Below, piece after piece: positions 56,242-64,000 of a stretch of 64,000 nucleotides of DNA. Every line of letters starts with the position of its first letter. The first letter of the stretch is position 1. The stretch comes from Vicinamibacterales bacterium. Lineage in GTDB: Bacteria > Acidobacteriota > Vicinamibacteria > Vicinamibacterales > UBA8438. The notes below the pieces were generated by a model. That model ran no database searches, was not told where the DNA came from, and saw only the letters and a program-made list of their open reading frames with translations. The position numbers and the translations under genes are program-made. The stretch covers positions 1 to 64,000 of the forward strand of contig CBDCGH010000022.1 of NCBI GenBank assembly GCA_965216615.1. Direction: 5' to 3'.

Positions 56242-57743
56242 GATGCGATCTCCGTTGGCACGCGCCGAGTCGGAAGGGTGTGCGGGGACGGGGCCTGCCG
56301 GACTTCCTCCATTACCCCACTCATGAGGCCGATGGCGAAGGTCGACCCCACCCCTTCCTCACTGGTTGCGGAGAGCCGGAAGCCCATGGCATTGCAGAGC
56401 AGACGAGAGATGGCCAGCCCGAGCCCGGTACCGCCGAATCGCCGGGTTGTCGTGTCTTCTGCCTGCTCAAACGGGTTAAAGATCGCCTCGAGCCGCTCGT
56501 GTGCGATACCGATGCCGGTGTCGCTGACCTCGATCTGAGTGGGTACGTTTCCGTCCGTCGTCACGCTGACAGCGACCAAGCCCCGTTCCGTGAACTTGAC
56601 GGCGTTTCCGACGAGGTTGACGAGCACCTGCTTCAACTTGTCCCGGTCGGCGCTGAGCAGTGCTGTGTCGGGGGGAACCATGGCCCGGAGCGTGAGACCG
56701 TCAGCATGCGCGTTGCCCTCGATTTCCGACAGCACCTCTTCCACCAGCGGTCCCAGGCTTACGTCCTCCACTTGCACGTCGAGTTTGCCTGCTTCGATCT
56801 TGGACAGATCCAGGATGTCGTTGATCAGCGTCAACAGTTGGACGCCGTTGGAGCGGATGCGCTGGAGGAAGTCGAGTTCCTTCGCGGGCAGGCGCTGGCT
56901 TCGGTTCTTCAGCAGAACGCTGGTGAACCCGATCACCGAGTTGAGCGGTGTTCGCAGCTCGTGGCTCATGGTGGCCAGAAAACGGCTCTTGGCTCGGTTG
57001 GCTGCCTCGGCTTCGTCCTTCGCCCGCTTGAGTTGTTGCTCGGCCTTTTTGATGTCCGTGACGTCACGCGCCACCGCGTAGACCTCGTTGTCGCCCGGCG
57101 TGGCCGTCCAGGAGAGCGTTCGATACGCCCCGTCTCGACAGCGATACCTGTTCTCGAAGAACAGCGCCGGTCGTCCCTCACCGACCGCGGCCAGCTCCTT
57201 CATCGTGGCCTCGCAGTCATCCGGATGGACGAAGTCCAGGAACGACTGCGACATCAGCTCTTCGCGGGTATAGCCCAGGCTTCGCTCGAACGCCGGGTTG
57301 ATCAGCTTGAAGTGACCATCGAGCGATGCCGTGCAGAACATGTCCATCGACAGGTCGAAGAACTTCTTGAGTTGACGATCGGACTGGCGCGAGTGCCCAA
57401 CCTCATGCATCACCCCTTGAATCGACCTCGGCGCGTCGCCGCTGAACACGCAGGTCAGCGTGCCGGTCACGTCGATCCCGGAGCCATTCTTGGGCGTCAA
57501 GGTCAGGTCGGTAACGATGGACCGTCCCGCCAATAGCCGATAGAAGAGAATCGAGAACTGAGGCCGGCTCACCGGGTGGATCGTGTCGTTGAGTGTGAGT
57601 CGCGACGCTTCTGACGTGGTGTACCCGAGTGTCGAACACCATGTCTCGTTGACGAGCGACAGCCGTCCACCGATCTCCGCCTCGAACATCAAGACGCGGG
57701 ATTCCTCAAAGAACGAGCTCAGCTGGGTTGGTCGCTCAGTCAC
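56238..57743 (-). CDS. Cytoplasmic PAS-PAS sensor histidine kinase
   Basis: Two PAS-like domains. HisKA H-box MSHELRTPLNSVIGF. HATPase_c N/G boxes (LVNLVGNAVKF, DTGIGI, GGTGLGL). No TM segments. Confidence 0.88.
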   Translation of the reverse strand: MTERPTQLSSFFEESRVLMFEAEIGGRLSLVNETWCSTLGYTTSEASRLTLNDTIHPVSRPQFSILFYRLLAGRSIVTDLTLTPKNGSGIDVTGTLTCVFSGDAPRSIQGVMHEVGHSRQSDRQLKKFFDLSMDMFCTASLDGHFKLINPAFERSLGYTREELMSQSFLDFVHPDDCEATMKELAAVGEGRPALFFENRYRCRDGAYRTLSWTATPGDNEVYAVARDVTDIKKAEQQLKRAKDEAEAANRAKSRFLATMSHELRTPLNSVIGFTSVLLKNRSQRLPAKELDFLQRIRSNGVQLLTLINDILDLSKIEAGKLDVQVEDVSLGPLVEEVLSEIEGNAHADGLTLRAMVPPDTALLSADRDKLKQVLVNLVGNAVKFTERGLVAVSVTTDGNVPTQIEVSDTGIGIAHERLEAIFNPFEQAEDTTTRRFGGTGLGLAISRLLCNAMGFRLSATSEEGVGSTFAIGLMSGVMEEVRQAPSPHTLPTRRVPTEIAS

Positions 57744-58116
57744 AGGCCTCGGTCACACCCAACAGACGGTCAATCGCCTGAAGCAAGATCGCCTCGTCTG
57801 TGACAGGCTTGGTGACGTAATCGTCGAAGCCGCCGGCGAGAAACCGCTCGCGGTCCCCTCGCATCGCATGGGCCGTGAGCGCGATGACCGGCAACCTGCG
57901 CAGGCCCGGATCCTCGCGCAGCTGGTTCAGCACCTCCTGACCGTCCATTCCCGGCAGCGAGATGTCCATCAAGATGAGGTCGGGCGCTGAGGCCATGATG
58001 CCCTCGAGCGCCGACGTTCCATCCTCGTACTCGCACACGTCGAACTGCTCGTCGAGGATGGCCTGGAGCAGTAGTCGGTTATCGGCGTTGTCTTCGACGA
58101 TGGCAATTCGTTTCAT
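57736..58116 (-). CDS. Single-domain CheY-like response regulator
   Basis: IAIVEDNADNRLLL...DLILMDISLPGMDG...VIALTAHA...TKP. 126 aa. Confidence 0.88.
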   Translation of the reverse strand: MKRIAIVEDNADNRLLLQAILDEQFDVCEYEDGTSALEGIMASAPDLILMDISLPGMDGQEVLNQLREDPGLRRLPVIALTAHAMRGDRERFLAGGFDDYVTKPVTDEAILLQAIDRLLGVTEACD

Positions 58117-58496
58117 CGGTGCTCCTGCAGACTGATACGGACCCGAGCGAGCGCGTCCGATGCCCGGGCAAATTCGTCGAGCAGCTGAGGGCGCAGCGCC
58201 AAGAAGGCGTCCAGCCTTCCGCGCGCTGCCGAAGCTTCCAGGGCCATCGCGAGCTGGTAGAGCCGTGTCGCCCCGAGATTGCCGGCACTCGTCTTCAGCG
58301 AGTGGGCGGCCGCCTCGGCTTCGCGCAGTTCGTCGGCGTGGTCGCTGGCGCGAATGGTTTCGACCCGTTCGGCCGTGTGACTATTGAACAGGTCGATCAT
58401 CTTGCGAACCAGCTGGCGGCCGCCGAGTTGCTGGAGACGATCGAGCCTGGATCGCTCGACGACTTCTGTGGAATCCTCGGAGAATGTTGTAATCAT
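58113..58496 (-). CDS. Hpt (histidine phosphotransfer) domain protein
   Basis: AHSLKTSAGNLGATRL conserved His motif. ~127 aa. Its stop overlaps the CheY start (ATGA). The start may be the TTG at 58526. Confidence 0.75.
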   Translation of the reverse strand: MITTFSEDSTEVVERSRLDRLQQLGGRQLVRKMIDLFNSHTAERVETIRASDHADELREAEAAAHSLKTSAGNLGATRLYQLAMALEASAARGRLDAFLALRPQLLDEFARASDALARVRISLQEHR

Positions 58497-58618
58497 CGCG
58501 CCCAGAACTGTGCCTAATGGCGCCAAGAGTCATACCAGGGGCATACGGCACCAAGTCCGCATTCTGGGCCCGGATAATGGGAGTGTCCGGGCTCATCGGC
58601 GCATAGCCCACGACGGGA

Positions 58619-59030
58619 TCGCGGCGCGCAGCGACGGAAAATGTAAGAGTTGGGACAGAATCGTAAGGCGTGCGATCGTGTTCGGACGGCGCGGTCGGCC
58701 ACGCTCTTACAGCCAGGCATTCGGGCGAGTCGACGTGGCCACCTCCTCGTCAAAGCTATCGGTTTTCGGTGCCGAATATACTCAATGCATCGTGCCGGCA
58801 GAGGTTGTTGAATGAGACAGGGGCTGCACCATCCGCATCATCGGGCGCGCATGGTCGCGGCGCGCAGCGACGGAAAATGTAAGAGTTGGGACAGAATCGT
58901 AAGGCGTGCTGCGCTCCCACGCTCTTACAGCCAGGCATTCGGGCGAGTCGACGTGGTCCTCGTCAAAGCTATCGGTTTTCGGTGCCGAATATACTCAATG
59001 ATCGTGCCGGCAGAGGTTGTTGAATGAGAC
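58619..59030 (+). promoter_or_regulatory. Tandemly duplicated promoter/5'UTR (unit 1 at 58619-58818, unit 2 at 58855-59030), each carrying a hairpin and a TATACT -10-like box and ending in the ATGAGAC start
   Basis: Two ~90% identical direct repeats (200 and 176 bp) separated by 36 bp. Each contains cGTAAGGCGTG...CACGCTCTTACag inverted repeats, GGTGCCGAATATACTCAATG and GAGGTTGTTGAATGAGAC. Only the second ATG (59024) opens the long FAD-oxidoreductase ORF. Confidence 0.7.
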
Positions 59031-60826
59031 GCTGCATCATCATCGGCGGTGGTCCGGCTGGGCTGACTGCGGCGTATGAGCTGCAGAAGCTCGACGTCCC
59101 GGCCGTCGTCTTGGAGAAGGACAGCGTGGTTGGCGGGCTCTCGCGAACAGCTCGATACAAGGACTATCGCTTCGACATTGGCGGGCACCGATTCTTCACC
59201 AAGGTGAAGGAGGTCGAGGACACGTGGCAGGAGATTCTCGGAGACGGGTTCATCGAGCGCCCGAGGTTGTCGAGGATCTACTACGGCGACCGTTTCTTCG
59301 ACTACCCCCTGAAACCGGCGAATGCGCTCATGGGTCTCGGACCGGTAGAGGCCGTCCGGATTGGAATCAGCTATCTAAAGGCCCAGCTCTTCCAGATCAC
59401 TGAAGAGCGCAGTTTCGAAGACTGGGTCTCGAATCGGTTTGGCAGGCGGCTGTACCAGATCTTCTTCAAGACCTACACCGAAAAGGTCTGGGGCATTCCG
59501 TGCACCGAGATGAGTGCCGAGTGGGCGGCCCAGCGCATCAAGAATCTCGATCTTTTCACCGTCGCCAAGAATGCCTTGCTGGGTGCGAGGTCCAAGGATG
59601 GGGAGGTCGTCACCACATTGATCGACCGCTTCCACTACCCGCGGTTCGGTCCCGGCATGATGTGGGAGCGGTGCGTCGACCTACTCGAGAAGAAGGGCTA
59701 TGAGACGCGAATGGAATGCGAGGTCACGCGCATCCATCACGAGGATGGCCAGGTGCGCAGCGTCACGGTGCGCGACCGGCTCGGTGCCGAGTCCACGTTA
59801 GAGGGCAGCCATTTCATTTCCTCCATGCCCGTCCGAGAGCTCGTGCACGCGCTCGACCCGCCACCACCTCAGGAGATCCTCGATGCCGCCGAGTATCTCC
59901 GCTATCGCGATTTCATCACGGTGCTCTTGGTCGTGGATCGCCCCGACCTCTTCCCAGACAACTGGATCTACATTCACTCGCCGGACGTCAAAGTGGGGCG
60001 GATCCAGAACTTCAAGAATTGGAGTCCGGAGATGGTCCCGGACCCTCAGAAGACGTCCCTCGGCCTCGAGTACTTCGTGCAGGAGAACGACGACCTGTGG
60101 AGCGCCTCCGACGCGGACCTCGTCGAGTTGGGCAAGCGTGAATGCGAGCGTCTTGGATTCTTTGAGGCCTCCGAGGTTTCGGAGGGTGCCGTCGAGCGGA
60201 TGCAGAAGGCCTATCCCGTCTACACAGGCGAGTGGAAGGAGGGCCTGGCGACAATCCGCGCCCATCTCGAGACTCTGCCGAATCTGCAGCTCGTGGGACG
60301 AAACGGCCAGCACCGCTACAACAATCAGGACCACTCGATGGTGACGGCCATGTACGCGGCCCGAAACATCGCTGGCGCAAACTACGATGTGTGGGACGTC
60401 AACGTCGATTCGGCGTATCACGAGGAAGTCACCGAGGCCGACAAGACACAGGGGGACAGGCTCTCGCCGACGCGGGTAAGCCGGGAGGTGGGTGCGGAGC
60501 TCATCCGAGACATCTTCGCCCTTTACGATCCGGTGGCCCTGGGCGGAGCGGTGTCGACGATCGCCGGACTGAGTCTCTTTCTTGTCACCGCCTTATTGAT
60601 CGTCGAGGGCGGCGAACCGCTTGGCCCCAATCTCTCGCTTCTGGGGAACTACTTCCTTGGATTCACCGTGAGCTGGCAGGGCGCCTTCCTGGGTTTGTTC
60701 GAGGGGGGGCTCGGTGGGTTCGGGTTCGGCTATGTGCTGGCCCGACTCATCAACCTCGTGATCGGCTGGCAAAAGACCAGCCTGATCCATAGGATCGAAG
60801 CCCAATCGATCGATCCGCTGACATGA
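59024..60826 (+). CDS. FAD/NAD(P)-binding oxidoreductase (amine-oxidase/UDP-galactopyranose-mutase-like fold) with a C-terminal membrane segment
   Basis: N-terminal dinucleotide-binding motif IIIGGGPAGLTAAYEL...VLEKDSVVGG. ~440-aa flavoenzyme core. C-terminal ~120 aa with 2-3 hydrophobic helices (AVSTIAGLSLFLVTALLIV...). Confidence 0.75.
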   Translation: MRRCIIIGGGPAGLTAAYELQKLDVPAVVLEKDSVVGGLSRTARYKDYRFDIGGHRFFTKVKEVEDTWQEILGDGFIERPRLSRIYYGDRFFDYPLKPANALMGLGPVEAVRIGISYLKAQLFQITEERSFEDWVSNRFGRRLYQIFFKTYTEKVWGIPCTEMSAEWAAQRIKNLDLFTVAKNALLGARSKDGEVVTTLIDRFHYPRFGPGMMWERCVDLLEKKGYETRMECEVTRIHHEDGQVRSVTVRDRLGAESTLEGSHFISSMPVRELVHALDPPPPQEILDAAEYLRYRDFITVLLVVDRPDLFPDNWIYIHSPDVKVGRIQNFKNWSPEMVPDPQKTSLGLEYFVQENDDLWSASDADLVELGKRECERLGFFEASEVSEGAVERMQKAYPVYTGEWKEGLATIRAHLETLPNLQLVGRNGQHRYNNQDHSMVTAMYAARNIAGANYDVWDVNVDSAYHEEVTEADKTQGDRLSPTRVSREVGAELIRDIFALYDPVALGGAVSTIAGLSLFLVTALLIVEGGEPLGPNLSLLGNYFLGFTVSWQGAFLGLFEGGLGGFGFGYVLARLINLVIGWQKTSLIHRIEAQSIDPLT

Positions 60827-61164
60827 GAGGCACGATGGACGCTCAATCGACAAGCGACCCGAACTGGGAGCTACTCCACGACACGGTCGCGCGGCTACGC
60901 GCGTCCGTCATGGCTATCGTCTTTGGTGCGTCTGCTAGAAAAGGGGGCGTCGGGCTGTTTGTGGCTACCGCGTGGCTGCTCATCCGCGGTGGTCCTGAGG
61001 TCGGACTGCACCTCGGCCTGCTAGGCCAGTATCTCCCGGGCTACCGTGTGACGTGGGTCGGGTGCGTGGTCGGCTTCTTTTATGGATCCCTGGTCGGTGG
61101 CGCGCTTGGCTGGTCGCTTGCCTGGATCTATAACGCCCTCGCCGATCGTCGGCAGGGCCGCTAG
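60823..61164 (+). CDS. Small membrane protein (113 aa), translationally coupled to the oxidoreductase
   Basis: Its ATG overlaps the upstream stop (ATGA). Two or three TM helices (VMAIVFGAS..., GLFVATAWLLI, VGCVVGFFYGSLVGGALGWSLAWI). Confidence 0.5.
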   Translation: MRGTMDAQSTSDPNWELLHDTVARLRASVMAIVFGASARKGGVGLFVATAWLLIRGGPEVGLHLGLLGQYLPGYRVTWVGCVVGFFYGSLVGGALGWSLAWIYNALADRRQGR

Positions 61165-61185
61165 CCAACCCGCCGGGCCTCGACG

Positions 61186-61704
61186 CTACGTCCGCAGGTC
61201 GGGCATCGGCTCGCCCTCCGGCACGAAGGTCAACGCTGCACCGTTGTTGCACCACCGCTGACCGGTCGGCGGTGGGCCGTCATCGAACAGATGCCCTTGG
61301 TGTCCCTCGCAACGCACGCAGTGGTACTCGGTGCGCGGAATGATCAGCTTCCAGTCGCGCTTCGTCGCAAGCCGTCCCTCAATCGGGGTGTAGAAGCTGG
61401 GCCAGCCGGTACCGCTCTCGTACTTCGCGGCGGCGTCGAACAGCGGGAGGTAACAAGCCGCACAGATGAACGTTCCGGAACGCTTCTCGTCATTCAAGGT
61501 ACTGCTCCACGGTCGCTCGGTATCCTCCTCGAATAGCACCTCGTAGGCCGCTTCGGGGAGTAGGCGTCGCCACTCTGCGAGGGGCTTTTTCAGCTTTTCA
61601 ATAGCTTGAGCCGCCACACGCGTGGGCACCGCCAGTGGTGCGACGACGATGCCGAGTAGCAGCCTGAGGAAGGTCTTTCGGGTCATTGCCGACATGGCTG
61701 ACAT
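61186..61704 (-). CDS. msrB: Peptide-methionine (R)-S-oxide reductase MsrB, secreted form
   Basis: SelR domain: two CxxC pairs (CAACYLPLF, CVRCEGHQGHLFDDGP), GTGWPSF, RWCNNGAAL. Signal peptide MSAMSAMTRKTFLRLLLGIVVAPLAVPTRVAAQA. ATG at 61704 with an AGGAGG RBS. Confidence 0.85.
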   Translation of the reverse strand: MSAMSAMTRKTFLRLLLGIVVAPLAVPTRVAAQAIEKLKKPLAEWRRLLPEAAYEVLFEEDTERPWSSTLNDEKRSGTFICAACYLPLFDAAAKYESGTGWPSFYTPIEGRLATKRDWKLIIPRTEYHCVRCEGHQGHLFDDGPPPTGQRWCNNGAALTFVPEGEPMPDLRT

Positions 61705-61844
61705 CGGTTGCCTCCTGTTGTGCGCGCGTACGAAGCACTCACTACTATCTGACGTGTGAAGGACACTTTCGGTTCGGTCCGGCGTGGGGGGCGCCCGTAT
61801 TGGGACTAGCGGCGTAGTAGAATCCGTCAAGTCCACCGCTCGTC

Positions 61845-64000
61845 ATGCCTCGGCTGCATTCGCCAGATGTGCTCTTTCAGGACGCCGAGCAACTGGCGTC
61901 CGACTTTTCGCTGTTCCCGCGCTCGAGCAATCCGTCGGTCCCGCACAACCTTCAAGGGTTGGTGTCCGAGCGCCGGGTTCGCGAGCGTCTCCAGGAGCTG
62001 CGTCGCCTGGCCGTGGACGAGTACGTGCGCGAATCGGTCGCGCCCGCAGAAGACCTCGATCGGCCCGGAATACGTACCGCGCTCAAGCATCTGGGGTGGC
62101 GAGTCCATCGTGAGGCGACGTTCGGACCGCTGTACACCGCAGAAGTCGTCCTCGAGATCGGCAGCGAGAGGCGTCGGGTCGGCCTCCTGGCGCAAGACCG
62201 CAGCCGCCACAACGGTGCCTGGATGCCGGAGCATCATCTCCAGGCGGTGCAGGTGGTACGAAGACTTGCGCTCCAGCTCACGCCGATCGTCACCTTCATC
62301 GATACACCGGGTGCCGTCGCCGACGCAGAGGCAAACAGCGCCAATCAGGCTCATGCCATCTCGCGTTTGATTGCGGAGATGGCCCAGCTTCACGTGCCGA
62401 CCGTCGGGATCATCTACGGCAATGGGTATTCGGGCGGCGCTATCCCGCTGGCGACGACCAACATCCTTCTTTCAGTGGTCGACGGAGTGTTCAACACGAT
62501 CCAGCCGCGCGGCCTGGCGAACATCGCGCGGAAGTACAACCTGTCGTGGCAAGAGTGCGCCAAAGCGGTTGGCGTGTCAGCCTACGAGCTCTACGAGCAG
62601 GGCTACCTTGACGGCATCGTCGACTATTCACCGCTCTGGGGGGATCGCGCAATCGAGAACCTCGAACGGGCCATCTGCTCCAGCATCGTAGCGATCGAAG
62701 ATCTGGCCCGCCACTTCGCGGGAACCAACGACGCGGTGTTCGAGCACTACCAGCGGACCGTTCGTCGTTACCTGGACGCGCCGGACGGGGGCCGCGTGCC
62801 GAGCCTAGACCGGACGCTGTCGACGATCGACAACCCGACGCAGCAGCCGAACATCTACGGCGTTTCCTACCGCTACCTCCGCTACCTCGGACTGCGAAGG
62901 CGGGTGAGCTCGACGACCGCCGAGGCGTACGGCCGCCTGGCGACAGACGAGATCCCGTCGGGAGACCTCGGTGAGCGCATCGCCACCGAGAATCGTCAGG
63001 CCTTCCAGCGTTGGGTCGACAGCCCGCTGAAAATCAGATACGACGCTTCGCTCAGTCAAGCGTGGCGGAGGTTCCGCGATCGTCGGGCGGCGCTCGGCCT
63101 CGATCGCGGCACCGTCGCCGCCTTCCTGTTCGGATCGCGTGAGTCCAACTTCGAGGACGCACGCTCGCGTCTGCTGCTCGAGGTGGGTTTCCACCTCTAC
63201 AACCTCTGGAAAGGCGGGGCCGCCAACAATCTGGCGCTACTGGTGGATTACCTGATTCAACAGCCAGATTCGCTGGCGCCTGAAGACGACGAGGGCGACC
63301 TCGACGTAATGGGCATCCTGCTCGATCCCGATCTACGTCAGGACCTCGAGAACGAATGCCGGCAGCTCATCGTCTTCGATGTGGTGTACGACCGACTCAT
63401 CGCCGAGCTCAAGTCGGTGGCGTTCGAAGCGATGGAGACCAACCGCATCTCGCGCGAGTCGATCGGCGCTCTCTTGGACGCCGCGCTCGCCAGGGCTCTA
63501 CCGGCCGCACCGCGTGGCCTGGTCGGCACAGAGGGCGCTCCCGACGAGACACCGGCCGTCAGTTTCGATCATTGGATCCGGCGCCTGGTCGCCCTTCGAC
63601 GCCGCGGCGAGCTGATGCAGTTAGTAGCCCAGTGGAAGAAGGCCGCGTTCCCAACCGTCTCCGAGCCGCTCTTCGGGCTGATCACCTTCTTCTTCGACCA
63701 TCTCCTGCCGAGCTACTACGACGCAGAGCATGGGGGGCGTTTCGACGGGCGCATCCGCCCACGGAACATCGGCATCAAGGACTTCTGGAACCGGCTCGAC
63801 CGAGCCTACAAGGACCTCTTGATTCAAGAGGTCCTCATCGAGACTAAGCGCCGCGAGACGATCACCCCCGCGCGCATCCTCGACGCGTTCTTCACGGAGC
63901 CGGAAGAACTCGACCGAACCATGATGACGGCGGATCCGGTGGCGTTCCCCGGGTTCCGGATCTCCATCGAGCAGGCGCTTGAACGCGAGGTGATGCCGTG
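61845..64000 (+). CDS. Large protein (>718 aa, 3' partial) with an N-terminal AccA-like carboxyltransferase (crotonase-fold) domain and a long C-terminal extension
   Basis: Not in the supplied ORF track because it has no in-window stop. Continuous ORF from ATG 61845. Residues ~110-260 match the acetyl-CoA carboxylase carboxyltransferase alpha fold (PIVTFIDTPGAVADAEANSANQAHAISRLIAEMAQLHVPTVGIIYGNGYSGGAIPLA ... YELYEQGYLDGIV). The remaining >450 aa have no recognisable domain. Confidence 0.65.
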   Translation, partial: MPRLHSPDVLFQDAEQLASDFSLFPRSSNPSVPHNLQGLVSERRVRERLQELRRLAVDEYVRESVAPAEDLDRPGIRTALKHLGWRVHREATFGPLYTAEVVLEIGSERRRVGLLAQDRSRHNGAWMPEHHLQAVQVVRRLALQLTPIVTFIDTPGAVADAEANSANQAHAISRLIAEMAQLHVPTVGIIYGNGYSGGAIPLATTNILLSVVDGVFNTIQPRGLANIARKYNLSWQECAKAVGVSAYELYEQGYLDGIVDYSPLWGDRAIENLERAICSSIVAIEDLARHFAGTNDAVFEHYQRTVRRYLDAPDGGRVPSLDRTLSTIDNPTQQPNIYGVSYRYLRYLGLRRRVSSTTAEAYGRLATDEIPSGDLGERIATENRQAFQRWVDSPLKIRYDASLSQAWRRFRDRRAALGLDRGTVAAFLFGSRESNFEDARSRLLLEVGFHLYNLWKGGAANNLALLVDYLIQQPDSLAPEDDEGDLDVMGILLDPDLRQDLENECRQLIVFDVVYDRLIAELKSVAFEAMETNRISRESIGALLDAALARALPAAPRGLVGTEGAPDETPAVSFDHWIRRLVALRRRGELMQLVAQWKKAAFPTVSEPLFGLITFFFDHLLPSYYDAEHGGRFDGRIRPRNIGIKDFWNRLDRAYKDLLIQEVLIETKRRETITPARILDAFFTEPEELDRTMMTADPVAFPGFRISIEQALEREVMP

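Noticed and set aside
58812-59027. 72-aa ORF starting at the first copy of the duplicated GAATGAGAC start site
   Set aside because: It is a by-product of the promoter/5'UTR duplication. It reads through repeat copy 2 in a frame with no protein-like features and terminates at the real gene start.
1-64000. CRISPR arrays, tRNA/rRNA genes, toxin-antitoxin or restriction-modification/defence genes
   Set aside because: No regularly spaced short direct repeats, no cloverleaf-like conserved tRNA segments, and no recognisable nuclease/methylase/ATPase defence domains were seen on either strand. The only mobile DNA is the IS630 and the terminal transposase fragment.

Overview
This 64-kb window is high-GC (~67-68%) chromosomal DNA. 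Gene content (DUF5916/CBM9-like outer-membrane protein, PQQ quinoprotein, PSCyt-like fragment) suggests a soil Gemmatimonadota/Acidobacteria-type bacterium, but that is inference only. I support about 48 protein-coding genes, one complete IS630-family insertion sequence, and one truncated transposase fragment at the window start. I found no rRNA, tRNA or CRISPR array.

Housekeeping blocks:
- acetyl-CoA synthetase (acs)
- an oxidative pentose-phosphate operon (zwf-pgl-gnd plus a ROK glucokinase)
- a GH63 glucosidase and malate synthase G (glcB)
- methylmalonate-semialdehyde dehydrogenase (mmsA), PBP4 (dacB) and FadE-type acyl-CoA dehydrogenase (fadE)
- an amidohydrolase, an aldehyde dehydrogenase and an MmgE/PrpD protein

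Accessory or unusual regions:
1. A biosynthetic cassette, split by the IS630 insertion, on the minus strand. Order: acyl-AMP ligase, ACP, B12-binding radical SAM (frameshifted), two small ORFs, then IS630 and a radical SAM/SPASM enzyme. A separately promotered, secreted Cys-rich CxxCH protein gene lies about 220 bp further downstream on the same strand; it is not part of the operon.
2. A synthase-dependent exopolysaccharide-like locus: HEAT-repeat membrane protein, PgaC-like GT2 synthase, TPR plus outer-membrane beta-barrel, TPR protein, and a sulfatase-family polymer-modifying transferase. It sits next to a four-gene phosphorelay (Hpt, CheY, PAS histidine kinase, REC-Hpt-REC regulator).
3. 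A divergent pair of paralogous secreted proteins of unknown function sharing a YACHEGNY motif.
4. A GntR-SPFH-ICMT operon with an AT-rich palindromic candidate operator.
5. A polyprenyl-phosphate glycosylation module (GT-C ArnT/PMT-like, methyltransferase, GT2 DPM1/ArnC-like).
6. A 200-bp tandemly duplicated promoter/5'UTR carrying a conserved hairpin.
7. Several homopolymer-associated frameshifts and decayed tandem duplications.

A long plus-strand ORF from 61845 to the window end is absent from the supplied ORF track. It has an AccA-like carboxyltransferase domain and an extension of more than 500 aa after it.
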